A DNA stretch of 63,303 nt, the filler included, from Choristocarpus tenellus KU-1152 (lineage: Eukaryota > Protista > Phaeophyceae): assembly GCA_964200185.2 (NCBI GenBank). It is 8 parts of 8 records of this genome, joined end to end, with 100 filler letters (N's around TTAATTAATTAA, not from the genome) between each part and the next. Parts side by side here need not be neighbours in the genome. Positions count along the whole stretch, not along the records: positions 20,813 to 34,666 come from CAXNAD020001345.1; positions 34,767 to 44,075 come from CAXNAD020003793.1; 6 more parts are not named here. One strand, given 5' to 3'. Below, in pieces: positions 28,029 to 41,899 of the stretch. Made by a program: the position numbers and the translations under genes. The notes under the pieces are model-generated. The model saw only the letters and a program-made list of their open reading frames with translations, did no database searches and was not told where the DNA came from. Each line of letters opens with the position of its first letter. Positions within the stretch are counted from its first letter, which is position 1.

Positions 28029-28308
28029 GCCCAATTCTTCAGAGTACCTAGCAATGGATGTGTAATATACAGTGTCAAAAACATCGTTCAAAATTGAATT
28101 CTCACAAAATGTGAGCTGTATTATTTTATGTATAAATTGGTTAGTATTTTGTACGCCTACAAGGTTTTATGAACATTGATGTTTGATTGTCCTTTGTCCT
28201 TAGTGGATACTATCCATTCTCACAATTACTACTGTTTTGAGTAGAGGACGGCGATGTACCAGCAGCATTGACTTCTGTTTCAGGTCCAGGGGTCAACTTC
28301 CTAGCGCC
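28029..28308. promoter_or_regulatory. Putative bidirectional promoter (280 bp) between amidohydrolase and NOM1
   Basis: Divergent ATGs at 28028 (-) and 28309 (+) on the same contig, separated by an AT-rich spacer. Promoter function is inferred from geometry only. Confidence 0.5.
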
Positions 28309-31300
28309 ATGGTTCGTTTGAAGAGTGGAAGTTTACTGTCAAGGAAGGAGCGACGGAAGGATTCAAAGAAACTCGCAAAGGAGAAGCGCCAATTGAGTCA
28401 TGGATGGCGTATGACCAAGGTACCTGGACAACATGTGTTGGTGTCAAATGACGGTAGGCCAAGTTCTCCATTCAAAAAACTAAACATAAATGTTGGTGGC
28501 GAGGTTCCTTTCGCAGAAGGCTTCTGTCATACCAAGCAAGACATGCACGCCGTGCTCCCACATGTGATGTCTCTTCCTTCCACACCTTCTCGGCTTTCAG
28601 GGTGAAGGTACAGTCAAGAATTCTCCTATAGCAAGTGCGAAACCGGGAAGGGAAGATGTGAAAAATACTTCGAGGACAGTTACTGGTGGGCAGCCCAAGC
28701 CTAGTGCTAGAGTGGGAAAAGTTAGTGACAGCAACGTTCGGACCACGAAGGAGGCTAAGCGTCTCAAGCGATGGAGGCCGGAAGAGATCGATCCCATGAT
28801 TGTAGCCGAAGACGAGGAAATGAAGGTGATGTAGTCGAACTCGTAATCTTGCAATGCGTAACTGAAAATCGTTTCATTGTGAGCCGAGTGACTGGGGTAT
28901 CAGTCACACGACAAAAAACTTTCTCATTTCTCAACCCTTCTCTATACTACCCATCCTTCCTCTCCCTCCTATCGTTTTTTTATCTCCAAACCACTCTCTA
29001 GCGCCTGGAACGACTTTTGGGGGTCCACGGGCCCAATGCGACCAAGAAGCGGAAAAAGCTGCAAAGAGAGCTTGAGGTTGACGATGGCCTTGGAGACGAC
29101 TTCGGTTCGTTCTTGACAGACCTGGACAGGATCGGCGAGGTACTCTGGGCCGGATTCTTTTGTTGCTTTCTACCCCTGTTGCTCTCTTTTGGGGTCTGTC
29201 CCGCCCCCATTATCGCAGTATACCAAAATTGCACCTCACTTGATCTTCCCTTTTGACCTCAAGAGCTATTGAAAATCTGGTAGGCCATTAGCAATGCCCT
29301 CCACCTGCGATAGTTGGTATATCCAGGCATGTACGTTAGTGTCAATGTAGTTACATTATCACCCTTCCTCTTTGTTACTACCCCCAAGTGTTCACCCTAT
29401 TTCCATACCATCTCTCCTATTATACACCACAACCAATGCTGTGACAGAACATTCTCAGTAAGAGTAGTAAATTTCGACATGTGTTGAGGACCAAGGATAA
29501 GCTACCGTGAATTTTGCTGTGTAGTGTACCTCATGGATGAACCTACCTGATGCTTCCCTCTGTTTTGGATTGTGTATCTTGGTCTGGTGGATAAGACGTC
29601 TCAACTGGGTTGCCCCTTGTGCGGTTTATCTTGTTTTCCCTCACACCTTACATATTTCAGACTTTTCCTGACCATATTTGATCTGCCTTGTCCCACCTTC
29701 CTTGTGCCCTGGTGTACACCATTTGTATTGCGTTGAACGGCGGGGGGGGCAGATGACTGCAGGGGGTTCAGAGAGTGACGAGGATGAGAATGAATCCTAT
29801 GGAGGGTCTGCAAAGGAAGCTCAAGCTGGGACTGTTGACCTTGAGCAGAGCTTTGATGGTATGATGGGAGGTCTGCCAACTATTAGTGAAGGTCAAGAAG
29901 ATGAGGAATTGGAAGGAGATACAGATGGCATGGATAGAGAGGAAGGTTTTGAGGAGGGGGAGGAGGAGGAGGAAGAGGAGGCCATTGAAGAGAGTGAACA
30001 GGAAGAGGAGGGAGAGAATGAAGAGGAGGAGGAGGGAGAGGAGGAGGAAGAGGAGATCCTACGTCATGTTTACCGACCCCAGGAGGGGCAAGACATCTAT
30101 GGAAGGGCTGTTGGGGGTGGGGAGGAAAAGGGGGCACCTGCCAAGTATATTCCTCCCCATTTGAGAGGAGCAGGGGGAACAAATAGTACTGGTGAAAGGA
30201 GGACACTTGTTGTGCAGGTGTGGTGTTGATGGCCAGCGTCATTTTTCTTGTATTTGCACAGTTACCCCTCTTTCCAGTCCACAGTCATGCTTGTTGACCC
30301 AGAATATGTAGAGAACATGTTGCCTGTGAGTATGAGGACTTATGCGACAATAACAGACTCGCACGCACACACACACAAGCACTTGTACACATCTTTTTCA
30401 TAGACCTCACATACATGTTGATATGTACATACATACACACACACCTCTTTGTTTTTTCTCGCTTGATACTTATTTGTAGTGTAGTTGCACAGTTGGATAC
30501 ACTAGATGCCTTAGATGAGTTGATCCACAGGGAAGTTACCTTTCACTATAACCAACAAGAACCCCTAACAATAATTCAATGAGATGAGGATTTGCATGAT
30601 CTTGGCATTGACTCATGTGTGTGGGAAAACAGAATCATGCCATTCTGTCCAGGCGGGGGTTGTTAGCTTTGCATTTTTTTCAAATGGAAATGAGTTGGGT
30701 TTTTCATTTGCTTGTTCTGGTTGAACGACTTGTACTTCAGCTTAGTGCACTGCCTTGGGAGCTGCAATTATTTTCAGTCAAGCACCAGATATTGGGTGAA
30801 TGCATTATGCCTACAAGGGAGAGGTTGTTTACTTGGGCGCTTGCTCAGCAGGAATGATGTGGTGGACGAAAGTCAGAGCCTCAACATTGTTCTATCTCCA
30901 GCTTCCCCCACTCCCAGTTGGAACAGAGTCCTCAGAGACAATTCAAATCACCTAAAATACACGATGGTGCAGTTCACATGCTGTACATGTGTTCACTCAC
31001 TGACTAAAACACTCAAGAAATTTTACCCTGTGGTGTGGGAGTGCACAACTAATAGGATGAATGATTAAGAAATATGTATTGGGTAGTGGGACCATCACTA
31101 TTATACTGTAATGTATTGTCTTACCTGGTGGGGTTTCTTAAACCTTGGAAAACCAAGCACGGAAGTTGAACCTCCTACTTCCACCTTTGTCTCACTGCAC
31201 CATTCAAATACTTTGCCACATGATGCTATGTAGTGCTAAAGCATGTTCTTTGGTAGATGTGTACTAAATGTGATAAGATCGGGGTTGGCTTTGTGCTGTT

Positions 31301-34300
31301 GCAGTTAAGTAGATTTATATATATTTCCACGGTCTTTTCCGGCGAGAAAGGGTCATTCATCCTCACCCTGTTGAGGAACCCACCTACTCAGTTCTCTATC
31401 TCTTGGGTCACTTCCATTTTGTATGGCATTTGACATTGGATCGGAGTATAGAGAGGGAGATAGTCCTATCTCTAGCACATTCTTTCTTAGAAAGGAAACT
31501 TGTGTTTGGCAGTGATAAATTCACTACTTGAAGTATAAGTTCACCTCTGGTGTGCTCATCCCAGCAGCTGCCCATTTCCTGAGGCAATCTTTGCTGTCTC
31601 ATCTCAACGCTATATAATCGCCTGCACTTGGACCAATCTTGATGCCAGCTAATGACAATAGCACTATCAAGCAGTGTCACTTTGTCCTCAACTACACCCC
31701 TCCCCCCCACATCCCCATGGCCCTACAGCGCACAGTAAACGGCATCCTAAACCGACTGTCAGAGGACACTCTTGATCCTGTAACCACTGCACTACGGGAT
31801 CTGTATCGATTGCACAGCAACAGTGATGTCAGTGATGCATTGTGGCAGTCTACCCGTGCTGTCTGCATTCACGAGAAACAGGTTGGTAGTTCTCCTTAGC
31901 AGTCTACCCCACCATTGTCCATGGCCGAGATGTCACCTTTGAAGTATTTGAGAATGTGTCGTTCAGATTTTTATTTGCAGATGTTGACTCATGTTGGCCA
32001 GGATAAACGCCTTTTGACTATTGCAAATTGCTAGAAGGACGTAAGACTCAGTAGTACGGTAGGACTGGGTTCATCTTTTTTATTCTGTTTTTATTCTGTT
32101 CTTTTTTAACCCCATGTCATTCGTTGATTGCTCTTTTCAAAAAACTTCGATGTGGGGTGTATTGTATTGAGTCATTGATATCCCAATCTCTCCCTGCATG
32201 TGTGTGCGTGCTAATTTTATCTACCTTGACATGCCTGCTATGCTGTAGAGATCCGCATCAAAATTTCCCCTGCCCCTTCCCTCCTGCCCTTGCCCTTCCT
32301 TCTTCTCCCCCCTTTCCATAACTGTTGACATACGATGTTGACGTCTAAACAGGTAATGATATCCCTCATCCCTTCCTTCGCAGCAGTCATTGCTGCCCTA
32401 CATATCACACTTGGCACAGATATTGGTGGTCATTTCCTTGAGGTAATTGCCAAGGAGCTGAATGCGGAGATGGCATCTTCCAGGCCCTCACTACGTGAGG
32501 GCCGGACTGAGAATGAGGCTGATGGGAGAGGCGGGGGGGGGACTGGGACCAGGAGACGGGGCACAGGGTCTAATCTGGTGCTGCTACTGGGCTACCTGTA
32601 CAACTTTGGGGTGGCACACTGCACCCTGGTTTATGATGTGATCAGACTGCTGGTAGAAGGTTGGTGATGGTACATATTAATACTACTACTGCCACTACTA
32701 CTACTCATATATATTAATGTCGGGTTAGGGTTAGCATAGGAAACATCAGAAATGTTGAAGATGGTGTAGGACATCAGCTATTCTTCTGGAATGTATGTAT
32801 GAAGGTTGTGTGATAAATACTCAATTGTGTGTGGAGAACTGGTATCCAAAATAGATGTGATGGATGAGAAGGTCTATTTTCACCAAACCTTAGAGAGTAC
32901 ATTACCTTGGAGCGAGCTAGAGTTGCATCTTGGGAAGTGGTGCAAAATGGTGATGAGGTGAATGCATTTGCATCATGTCAATTTCTGAACTTGTTTTTTT
33001 AATTTGAGGACTGACACGGGTGATTTAATTGTGACATAATGATGAATCAAAACATAGATTCTGTCAGTTTTAAAAACGAGTAAAATGTCCGTGCTGTGAA
33101 TTTACTTGATTTGAATTTACCTAACTTGTCTGATTACTCTTAAATTAACCTTATTTTTGATTATACGATAGTAAATAGATAAAGGGTGAAAAATTATTTG
33201 TAACACCCCAAAAATCCATTAACATATCTATATATATATATATATAATGTATGGAAATTGAAAGCCCATAATCTGATGTACATTTTTAACTACTCGCTGC
33301 CAGATCGCATGAGCTACTTCTCAAGGTCTAAATCACGGGTGCTTTGGGGTAGTGGGAGCATCATGTAAGACGATCAGGAACACAACCATGGGTTCCAAAA
33401 CCCCACTACAAATCTTGCAAATATGATCGCATGGCCCTCGCCCTTGTAGCAATTATTCTGAACAGTGTGCAACTGCCGCACATAGCCGGAATGTGAATAT
33501 TGTGGTCATGTGTGTAGCCCTTATAGAACTACTTGGTTTTAGTGTATGTTTTGAGATCATTTTTTTTTTCTCTGTTCACTGTGATGATCAAGTGGAGAGG
33601 ACGATCATGATGATGCTTTTCTTCGAGTTCAATTGTGTTCTTACTTCAAGAATCAAAACTATCCACACAATGAAGTCTTGGCAGGAAGTGACTGCAATCC
33701 ATGGGCCATCACCCCACTAATCGCACGCTCTCCCTGAGCAGTCATCTCAACCTTTGCATTTCCCCTCAAGTCCATTTCTGGACTCCCTATGACAGAGGAT
33801 AACGTCCAGTAAGCTTTAGAGTGTTGCTTTGTTCAGATGATTGTGGAAGCTGGAGCTATGTCAACTGATCTCACCGGGTACCCTTATCCTTATCCTTATC
33901 CACCTCACTCACCGAAAATATAGCTAGACTACTAAATATAGCTATTTTGGTTCTTGATTTTCCACACACTTATTCTGCCCCACGAACACCCTATAACATT
34001 TCCCCCGTACCCAATGTGACAATCATCAACCGTATGACCCACCCTCCCCTCCCCCCTGTGGATTTACCCTACTGTATACCATCCTCGAAGTGTTTGGTGA
34101 GTTGGAAATGGAACTGCTCCTTCTCCTCCTTAGACACAGCGGCTTCCAGCTCCGAGCAGATGATCCCCAGGCCCTGAAAGACATAGTTCTGCTTGTCAAG
34201 TCCAAGGCTTCTGCAGCTTCAGGTTCACATACATTCTCCTCCCTGCCTAAATCTGAGATGGAGACAAATGCAGCCTCTACCACTGACCATGATTGTCAAA

Positions 34301-34666
34301 CCGCCTTGGAAAAATTTCGACATGAGACCTGGGTCATTCGTGGCGAAGGAGGCCGTGCTGGGGTAGTCCGTGTAGAAGCTGGGACTCCTGGCATGGCCAG
34401 CAGCAACGCAACATGTGGGACAGAAAGAGACAACAGTCAGGGTGGGGAGGGAATGGAAGGGCCCATAGAGGCAAGCGGTGGGGGTGGGGCCCGAGCCCGT
34501 TATGTTGTGGAGACCATTGTGGAGCTCCAGAGTAACAAACGGAATCGCTTGCAGCTGCAGGAAAGGGAGGCTGACCAGCGTTTCCGAAAGTGGCTGGGGG
34601 GGGTGAAGGCCAAACGGGGGGGGGTGGCAGGTGGGGATGCATCGCTGAGAGTGTCATGGGCAGAAC
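28309..34666 (+). CDS. NOM1: Nucleolar MIF4G-domain protein NOM1/Sgd1, 3'-truncated at linker
   Basis: Exons ~28309-28419, 28601-28825, 29002-29139, 29753-30217, 31729-31881, 32353-32659, 34091-34666. Motifs: SRKERRK, EDEEMKRLERLLG, DGLGDDF, DIYGR, KYIPPHLR, VNGILNRLSE, LLLGYLYNFGV, GFQLRADDPQALKDIV. Acidic tract present. Confidence 0.85.
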
Positions 34667-35869
34667 NNNNNNNNNNNNNNNNNNNNNNNNNNNNNNNNNN
34701 NNNNNNNNNNTTAATTAATTAANNNNNNNNNNNNNNNNNNNNNNNNNNNNNNNNNNNNNNNNNNNNCGTCTTCCGATCTGTTCTAAGGTGTACCAAACCT
34801 TTCTACATATACTAGGCCTCGAAAATAACCCTCTAAGGCATTGGATTTACTTTCTCATTACCTGCGAGATATCCATTTGAACACAAGACTGTAAATAAGA
34901 TCAGAGAGTGCAGTGCAGCAACATTTATTATGTTCATTTTACTCGTTCGCTTCCTTTTAATTGGTGTTACCATGGGCAATGGTCCTGCACACTCCCTTTA
35001 ACCGCAGAAAATAGTAGGCTTGGATGTATACTGTAACATAATACTTACATCAGAATAGTATTTTTAGGGTGAATGACCACAGGAACATAATCGGTTTTGA
35101 GAACTTTCCCTCCATGCTTCGAAGAGGAAGTACTTCACGAGGCTTCTTGCGAGAAATGTACGTGGCAGAGGAAATCGGAACAAATGCGATCACAAGACAC
35201 TGGCGCTATACGTGACATTGCATATATATACAGGGTGTGCTTCTATGACTTAAAGAGTGCCCAGCAAAAGCACAACATGCGTCGCAAATTTGCCATCCTT
35301 CCACAACACTAGAAAGACAGAAGGCGACAACATATCTCAGAATTTCACCACTTGTCCACAGCATGCACGACAACCTAACCCATCTCCTACGCCCTTCCAA
35401 GACAGTTGATTCCCAGACACAAATGTGCTACACCCTAGGGAGCAACTCAGGTCCTACGGGAGTACTCCTTCAAACTTGTAGTCCTGACATGTCACGCCAT
35501 ACCCCTGTATGTACTAGTCCTCTACATGAATATGCTTTTTCCAAAAACATATTGTATGCACTATGCAGACTGAAAATATCTCTCTATATAATCGAGACCA
35601 CTTAGAAAAGTTATTGACTCAATATATGTTCAGTTGTGGGGAACAGTAACAACCTCCCTTTGCAGAATCAGTGCAGAAAATATCTCTTAAAATCCAGGCA
35701 TTACCCTGAAAACAGATTACACTATCTTTACACAGTTTAATAAGGTCACCTCAAAATAGAGGCACCACCCCACCTAGACTACACTTCCAGGCTAATACTT
35801 TTGAAACGAAGACAGCACTCTACAGCATGTAGAAAAACCTGACTTGAATGCAAAGCAGGCAGAGTGCAT

Positions 35870-38800
35870 TCAGCATTCAGCTCCTGAGTAGCCGGCACTG
35901 TTCTTCATTTTACTGAAGCATGAATTCTTCACTGTGAAAGATATTTTAGGATCTTGGTTCTTTGTGTAAACTGTGGTAGTTGTGTTGGCAAAGTATGCAA
36001 CTGCGTCAGAATTCGAGGGCTTGAACTTGTTCTTCTTGAAGACGGTGCCAGCAGCGTCCTTGAGGTAGATCACAAAAGGAGTGTTTCCTGTTATTTTGTT
36101 CTTGCTGAAGGAACGAAATTGTGGAAAGAATATTTGATCAGTCAGTACTATTGTACAGCAAAAGGTATGGTACAAAATCCATGGAAGTAGTACGCAGTAA
36201 ATGGGAGTAGAATAGTGAGGCAAGTAGTTCTCTGTGCTTTCTACTTCAAGATAGTTAACCTTACATTTTCCTCCAGTGTATATCGTTCAAAACTGATTCT
36301 CATAAAATATTCACTTACATAAATTTGTTTTTGGTAGCCACCCCAGTATTTCCGTCTACATAAGGTGGATCAGAGCCTTCATAGGTGTACAAGGAGTACT
36401 TGGAGCTCTCTTCAAAGGTATTCTTCTTGATCTGTTCAACAATGGAAGAGCGTAAAATCAGAGGTAGCACTCAACATGTTATTAATATTTCTAATTTCAA
36501 GCCTTTGAACACTCTATCCTTACTTAGGGTTGTACACCTAATAAGTTACTTGAATTTTAAGAATAGTGTGCGTTAGGTTGAAATAATAATAATAATAAAC
36601 GCACATTTTTGAAGCAATGATCATTTCTTATTGTCAACTTGCACACAGACATAGTCGTCAGTTACGCTACAAACAGAAGACAGTGAGCAATTCCAAGCAC
36701 GTTCCACCACAGAGCCAAATATTCCACACAATAACTGTACACAGTTCAAACATATTTTTACATATTGAGTCTACCCAAGCGCATTCTCCTCCAATGGCTT
36801 TTGTACACAAAATATTTTTCGTCTCACCAAGTTTTGTCCACCGCCAACACTGATGCGAATCCCATATTTGTTGTTGGTGAAGGTGTTGTGGTGCACATTA
36901 AGATTGAACGACTCCAGGATGGCCAAACCAGCATCCCCATTGTTGTACACAATGTTGTGTGCAACCTCGGCATAATCACTCGACCGATGGAGGAAAATCC
37001 CAGCGTTGACACCATCTGAAACTCTGTTGTTTATAATCTTGACATTGTTGCAGCGCTTCGAGGCAATGATCCCGTGATTACCATTGTTCCAGACGTCGTT
37101 GTTCTCAATCAGAAGGTTATCACTGTCATCGTGGGGGTCAAAACCGTACTCCCAGTTGTCGTGCATTTTGTTGTTGATCCACTGACCACCCTAGTAGTAC
37201 GTAACACATGAATCGGAGGTAAAATTGTCGCTGGTATGCGTAGTCACATTATTTCTACCCTCAGCAAATAGAGAGATTCAGTGCTTGGAGATAAGATGAA
37301 CAACACGTAGACATCAAATGTTAACTAGGCCATATTGCACACCTCCACCAAGATATATGTGCAAAGTCTTACTATAGCAAAAATCTAGAGCATTATCGTA
37401 GTGATGATGCGAGCACTCGAAGTTAGAAATTCATGTGACGTTACACAAGAAACATCTATAACGACAGATTTTTTCAGATTCATATGTTTTGGAGTTTCTT
37501 TGGAACACAGAATTCCCCTGTCTGGAGAACCCTACGCCACTGACATAGGACTACACGCTCTCCAAACCACAAAAAAAAGCTGATCCAACGATCACTAACC
37601 AAAACACATTTCACAAAGCTCTGAGTATCAATGTGTATGCAATGCAGTCTGCAATCTTACCTCATGTCCATAGGAGTACATGCCGAACCCTGCCGTACAG
37701 AAATCCAACGCATACAAAATCCCAATACAATGAATACCAGAAATTGGTAAGACAAATTGCAAGAGAGCATGGAGAAGCAACCATACAAAGAGTTCAGCAA
37801 TGGTAGAAGCAGACAATCGTCCATAACTTTGTTTTTGCATCCGTGTAAACAATTCTACTGGAAGGAAAAATATTCATACTTTTTGAACTGGTCAAGCTTC
37901 AGGAATACAATGTGTATATCAAGTTATATGTATGACGTAATAGATACCATTTTCACAAGTGTGTAGTCGAAGACTTGAGTTATTTTTTCTTCCACGTAGT
38001 GTACAGCTCTCTACATATTTCAAGTATAAAAATAACCACAAAAACAATCACACAAACTTGTAACGGAAAAATAGTTAAGACTTAATATTAAAAAAAGGAA
38101 AATCGCGTAGAGATCGATCCCCCAAAAAGAAAAAATCGATGCACTCGTTTCTCACACATATGGTGGATGTCAGAGTCTTTGATGTCGCCTTTAACCTGGA
38201 CTTCATCGAACAGTTCCAAATTGCTACCGTCTGTGCAGAAGCCCCTCACCTTGATCATATCACAGACAATTAGATCGTATTCAGGGCAGGAATAAATCGT
38301 ACAATGATGACAAACAGTATATATTGTTCTACAGTTGCCAAATGTATTGTCCAACAAGATAATGATAGATAAGCGGGGGAGAAAACAATAATTTCCTGGA
38401 TTATGGTCCCATGTGAACATCCTGTGGATTGCAGGCCTGACCTTCCATGTCAGACCATAAGCTTCGCTACCCTGGTAGCCAAGGTACCCAATCTCGGATT
38501 CAATGATGTCCATTCGACACTCGCCCTTGTTCTCCTTGGCCCTTCCCTCACATGTCTCGCTCGTGTCTGTGATAACTTCCGATACACAGCTGATGTAAGC
38601 TCTTCCGTATCCATTTTCTCTGGTAGGGTCGTTATCAGCATCCTTGTTGAAGTAGTCCCAGCCGTAAATCTAGAGGTGCAATTTTAGTTAGAATGAGTAA
38701 GAAGATACAAAAAAGAAAAATATAATCAGTTTTGGTACGATATTATGTTGTGCGTGGTTTGCAAGAGATTGCTGTATCATTGTTGCGCAACATAGTAGCA

Positions 38801-39783
38801 CTGCACGCACTGTAACTGCAGCATCTACTAACTGGGGTTCATTCTTACAGAAGTGTTTTGTAGTGAGCAACTATAGACTCTGCTTGATGTACTTATCGAT
38901 TTTTCAGGTAAGTTCTTTCTCAAACCTGACGACACCATACGTTTATCTACGATGGCATTCTGTAGATGTAGTATGAGAAGAAGAAGATACATCAAGAAAA
39001 TATGACATCACTAGAGTCTGTATTGCCTACAACGAAGTTTATCTGATCCATCTTTCCAAAATGTAATCTGTCGTATATGATCGTGTATTTACGTGATCAA
39101 GATGAGGGTTTGCTAATAACTGAATAACTGTGAGGAATGATGTAGCACAAGCATGTTGTATCAGCTCGTTCCCCTTGAACGTTGCAATTAGCTATCCTTT
39201 CATCAAATCATGTTTTTCTGTGAGCTGCATGGGAGGAATTTCGCCATTAACATCACCTCACGATTGATGAATGCATTATGCTTCCGAGATATAGCTTGCG
39301 CATTAAGACCTCTTCTACATCACCAATCAATTAACTTTAACAGTGGGAAGATGTAATGTTCGGGGAGTGTGTATCCAGATGAACTGTACTCACCTTAGAT
39401 CGGAAAACATCAATGTTCCCTCCGTACCCTCGGAGGTTCAGAGGACGTGTGTTGCTGTCACTCAGGATATAGAGCTCCTCGTCATGAATCTTCAGAGTCG
39501 ATCCATCCTCGACATAAAGTTCCCCTGTTAGTAACCACTTCCTTGTTGAATTTCCCTCATTCTCTAACGTGATTTCCATATTTTCGCCAAGCTTATACAA
39601 AGGAACTTTCTTGGAGCTGTAAATATCAGTCAATGTTACGCAACGACCTCTCTCCGAGCTCCCCACGTAGATGCGATTGGAGGATGATGAATACCGGATT
39701 TTATCTACAGTCCCGGTGCATGTCCCCTCCACAGTAGTCACCGTGAAGACCAGCGCGACGGCTACTACCAAGAAGGATGCCAT
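35870..39783 (-). CDS. Mannuronan C5-epimerase (brown-algal AlgG-like), apparently complete, ~480 aa, with signal peptide
   Basis: Exons (minus): 39783-39394, 38669-38442, 38249-38156, 37689-37661 (29 bp), 37190-36828, 36431-36319, 36104-35870. Hydrophobic N-terminus MASFLVVAVALVFTVTTVEG. Motifs: LNLRGYGG, GRAYISCVSE, GECRMDIIESEIGYLGY..SEAYGLTWK, catalytic YGFDPHDDSD, NGNHGIIASKRC, GIFLHRSSD; beta-helix repeats. Confidence 0.92.
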
Positions 39784-41899
39784 CTTGTTGGCAGTAAGGT
39801 CGGTCCTTCCCTGTGAGTATGGCGTCGTGGGGATGATGAGTATTTACTCTTTTCATTGCAAGATCACTTTCCTCGGAAGCTAGGACAGTATAATCTTGTT
39901 CGAAAAACACAAGGCTCGCCGCTTCTGTCCTGCCCTGCTGGTTGGCACGTCTTCAATCAATCAGGTTCCGAGGATTCCTAACCAAAACCATACATTCGAC
40001 CCTGGCTTCACCCCTGGGACTGCGTGGAGTGAAGTTCATTTAGATGCAACACCTCCCTAGTTCTGTTGATATCATCGTATTCCTCCCTAAAACCCCTTCT
40101 ACCATAGGTTATAGTACCAGATGGTAACAATATACCATCGATCTTCACCCCTGCACTAGAATCCCACAGGAGAGCGAGATATCTCCCTGCACTTACCACG
40201 AACCGTTCCCCCGCCTTCACGTTTGGGAAGTTGGTGTAGTTCTGAGTGACAAGTCAGGCAACGAAATACTTTGGTACAGCACAAGTCAAAAACGAACAGT
40301 ACATTACATGCTACATACGTCTACACAAGTGTATACTTTGGAGGAATCCTACTCCACAAATATGGTTGTGTTACATTGGTTTGATCTTCTGAAATCCAAA
40401 TACAGGCTACAGATTACAAATTACAGTAATGAACATGTGTACAAGGCAAGAAAGAATGAGTAGGAAAATAAAGCAATTTCTATATATAGAGTTCTAGATG
40501 AGTTCAATGTATGTATAATGGAACGAGGGATTTTGGTTTCAAGAAGAAAACAATGCTTCTGACGTGGGGGTATTAGAAGGACAGTTAAGATGGCTAAATA
40601 GATAGGCTGGAAGTATAGCATCAAGACACAGAAGATAATTAATTGATCCTAATACATAATGTAAGAGTTGATTAGAGTACCATATTTTAAATATTATTTG
40701 ATGTAAATAGATTATTATCTACTATAATATATAGTATAGATAGTTGTGTGTGTGTTAAATGTTCCAAAATAGTACTACCATTGCAATTTGTGTGTTACCA
40801 ACTTCTGACTACCATTTTAACTTTTGATATTTCCTAAACTATAATGTGAACATTTACAATACAATATTTCTATTGATTACAAGTAATGGTCTGTTGTCTT
40901 AAGCAAATTTTCCAGGTACTCCTTAACAGTAAAACACGATTTACCGAGTGTAACAGATTGCACATACCATTATAAAACTGCAAGGCCATGGATTTAGGGG
41001 CATTGTTAGGAACGCCACTAATAACACTTTTGATAGTAGTGCATATTTTACTTCCAAATAAAAGTTGCCCAAATTATGGACTGATGAAGTCGCATTGTAG
41101 AGGTAACTTAGATATCAAGACGTCGTACCAAGTAGTGTTCACCTCGGATTGTATCAACTACCGTACGAAAGACCTCTCCATCTTGAACTCCGTTTGAGTA
41201 GTTGTGCTTGAAGGGTTGTTGGCATTGGCATGCCCAACACGACCTAATTTTCATAAGGCATCCGATTGTGACCACCCTCACCCTCACTTGCCTTGTGGGA
41301 TGGTATCATGCTAGGTTTTGTACAGATTGTGACGGTTGGTTGTGTATTTTACATTCGATTTTCATGTCTTAACTATTGTTCTGAATGATCTAGATGAAAA
41401 TATATAATGAGAAGAAGTTCAGTGTGCAGGTACACATTGTTTCAAAAAAGGATATTTGTGTGGATATCCTTTCATTATCCTTATTATATTATTATGCCCT
41501 CTGACATTTTGCAGATGTGTCGGGGAAAACCAATGAAAACTATACATATGTCGTTATTAGCCCTAAAGACCGTATCATTATAACCTATATTAACGATTTC
41601 TTGATCTTTTCGAGGTTAACTTTTTTATTCCCTACAGAATTAATATCTGAACCATTTCTAAATTCTATATATATAGACACCCTTACTGGATTTCCCACAC
41701 TCTCGTCAAAGTGTATCTTATTGTTCTCTACGACCTATTTTGGACAGCAAGCAGCGTTGACAAATAGATGGATATATCAGGGACCTACCTCTTTGCAACA
41801 GAGCCGCAGGTAAGAACGCACGGAGAGAATAAAGACGAGAAATTTCGTGACTTAGATGATTTGTCTCAAAGGACGGGATGAAAGCTAGTACATGTAGGT

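Noticed and set aside
40008-40220. Extra upstream coding exon of the epimerase
   Set aside because: Its phase does not match the acceptor at ~39810, and the ATG at 39783 already begins a clean signal peptide.
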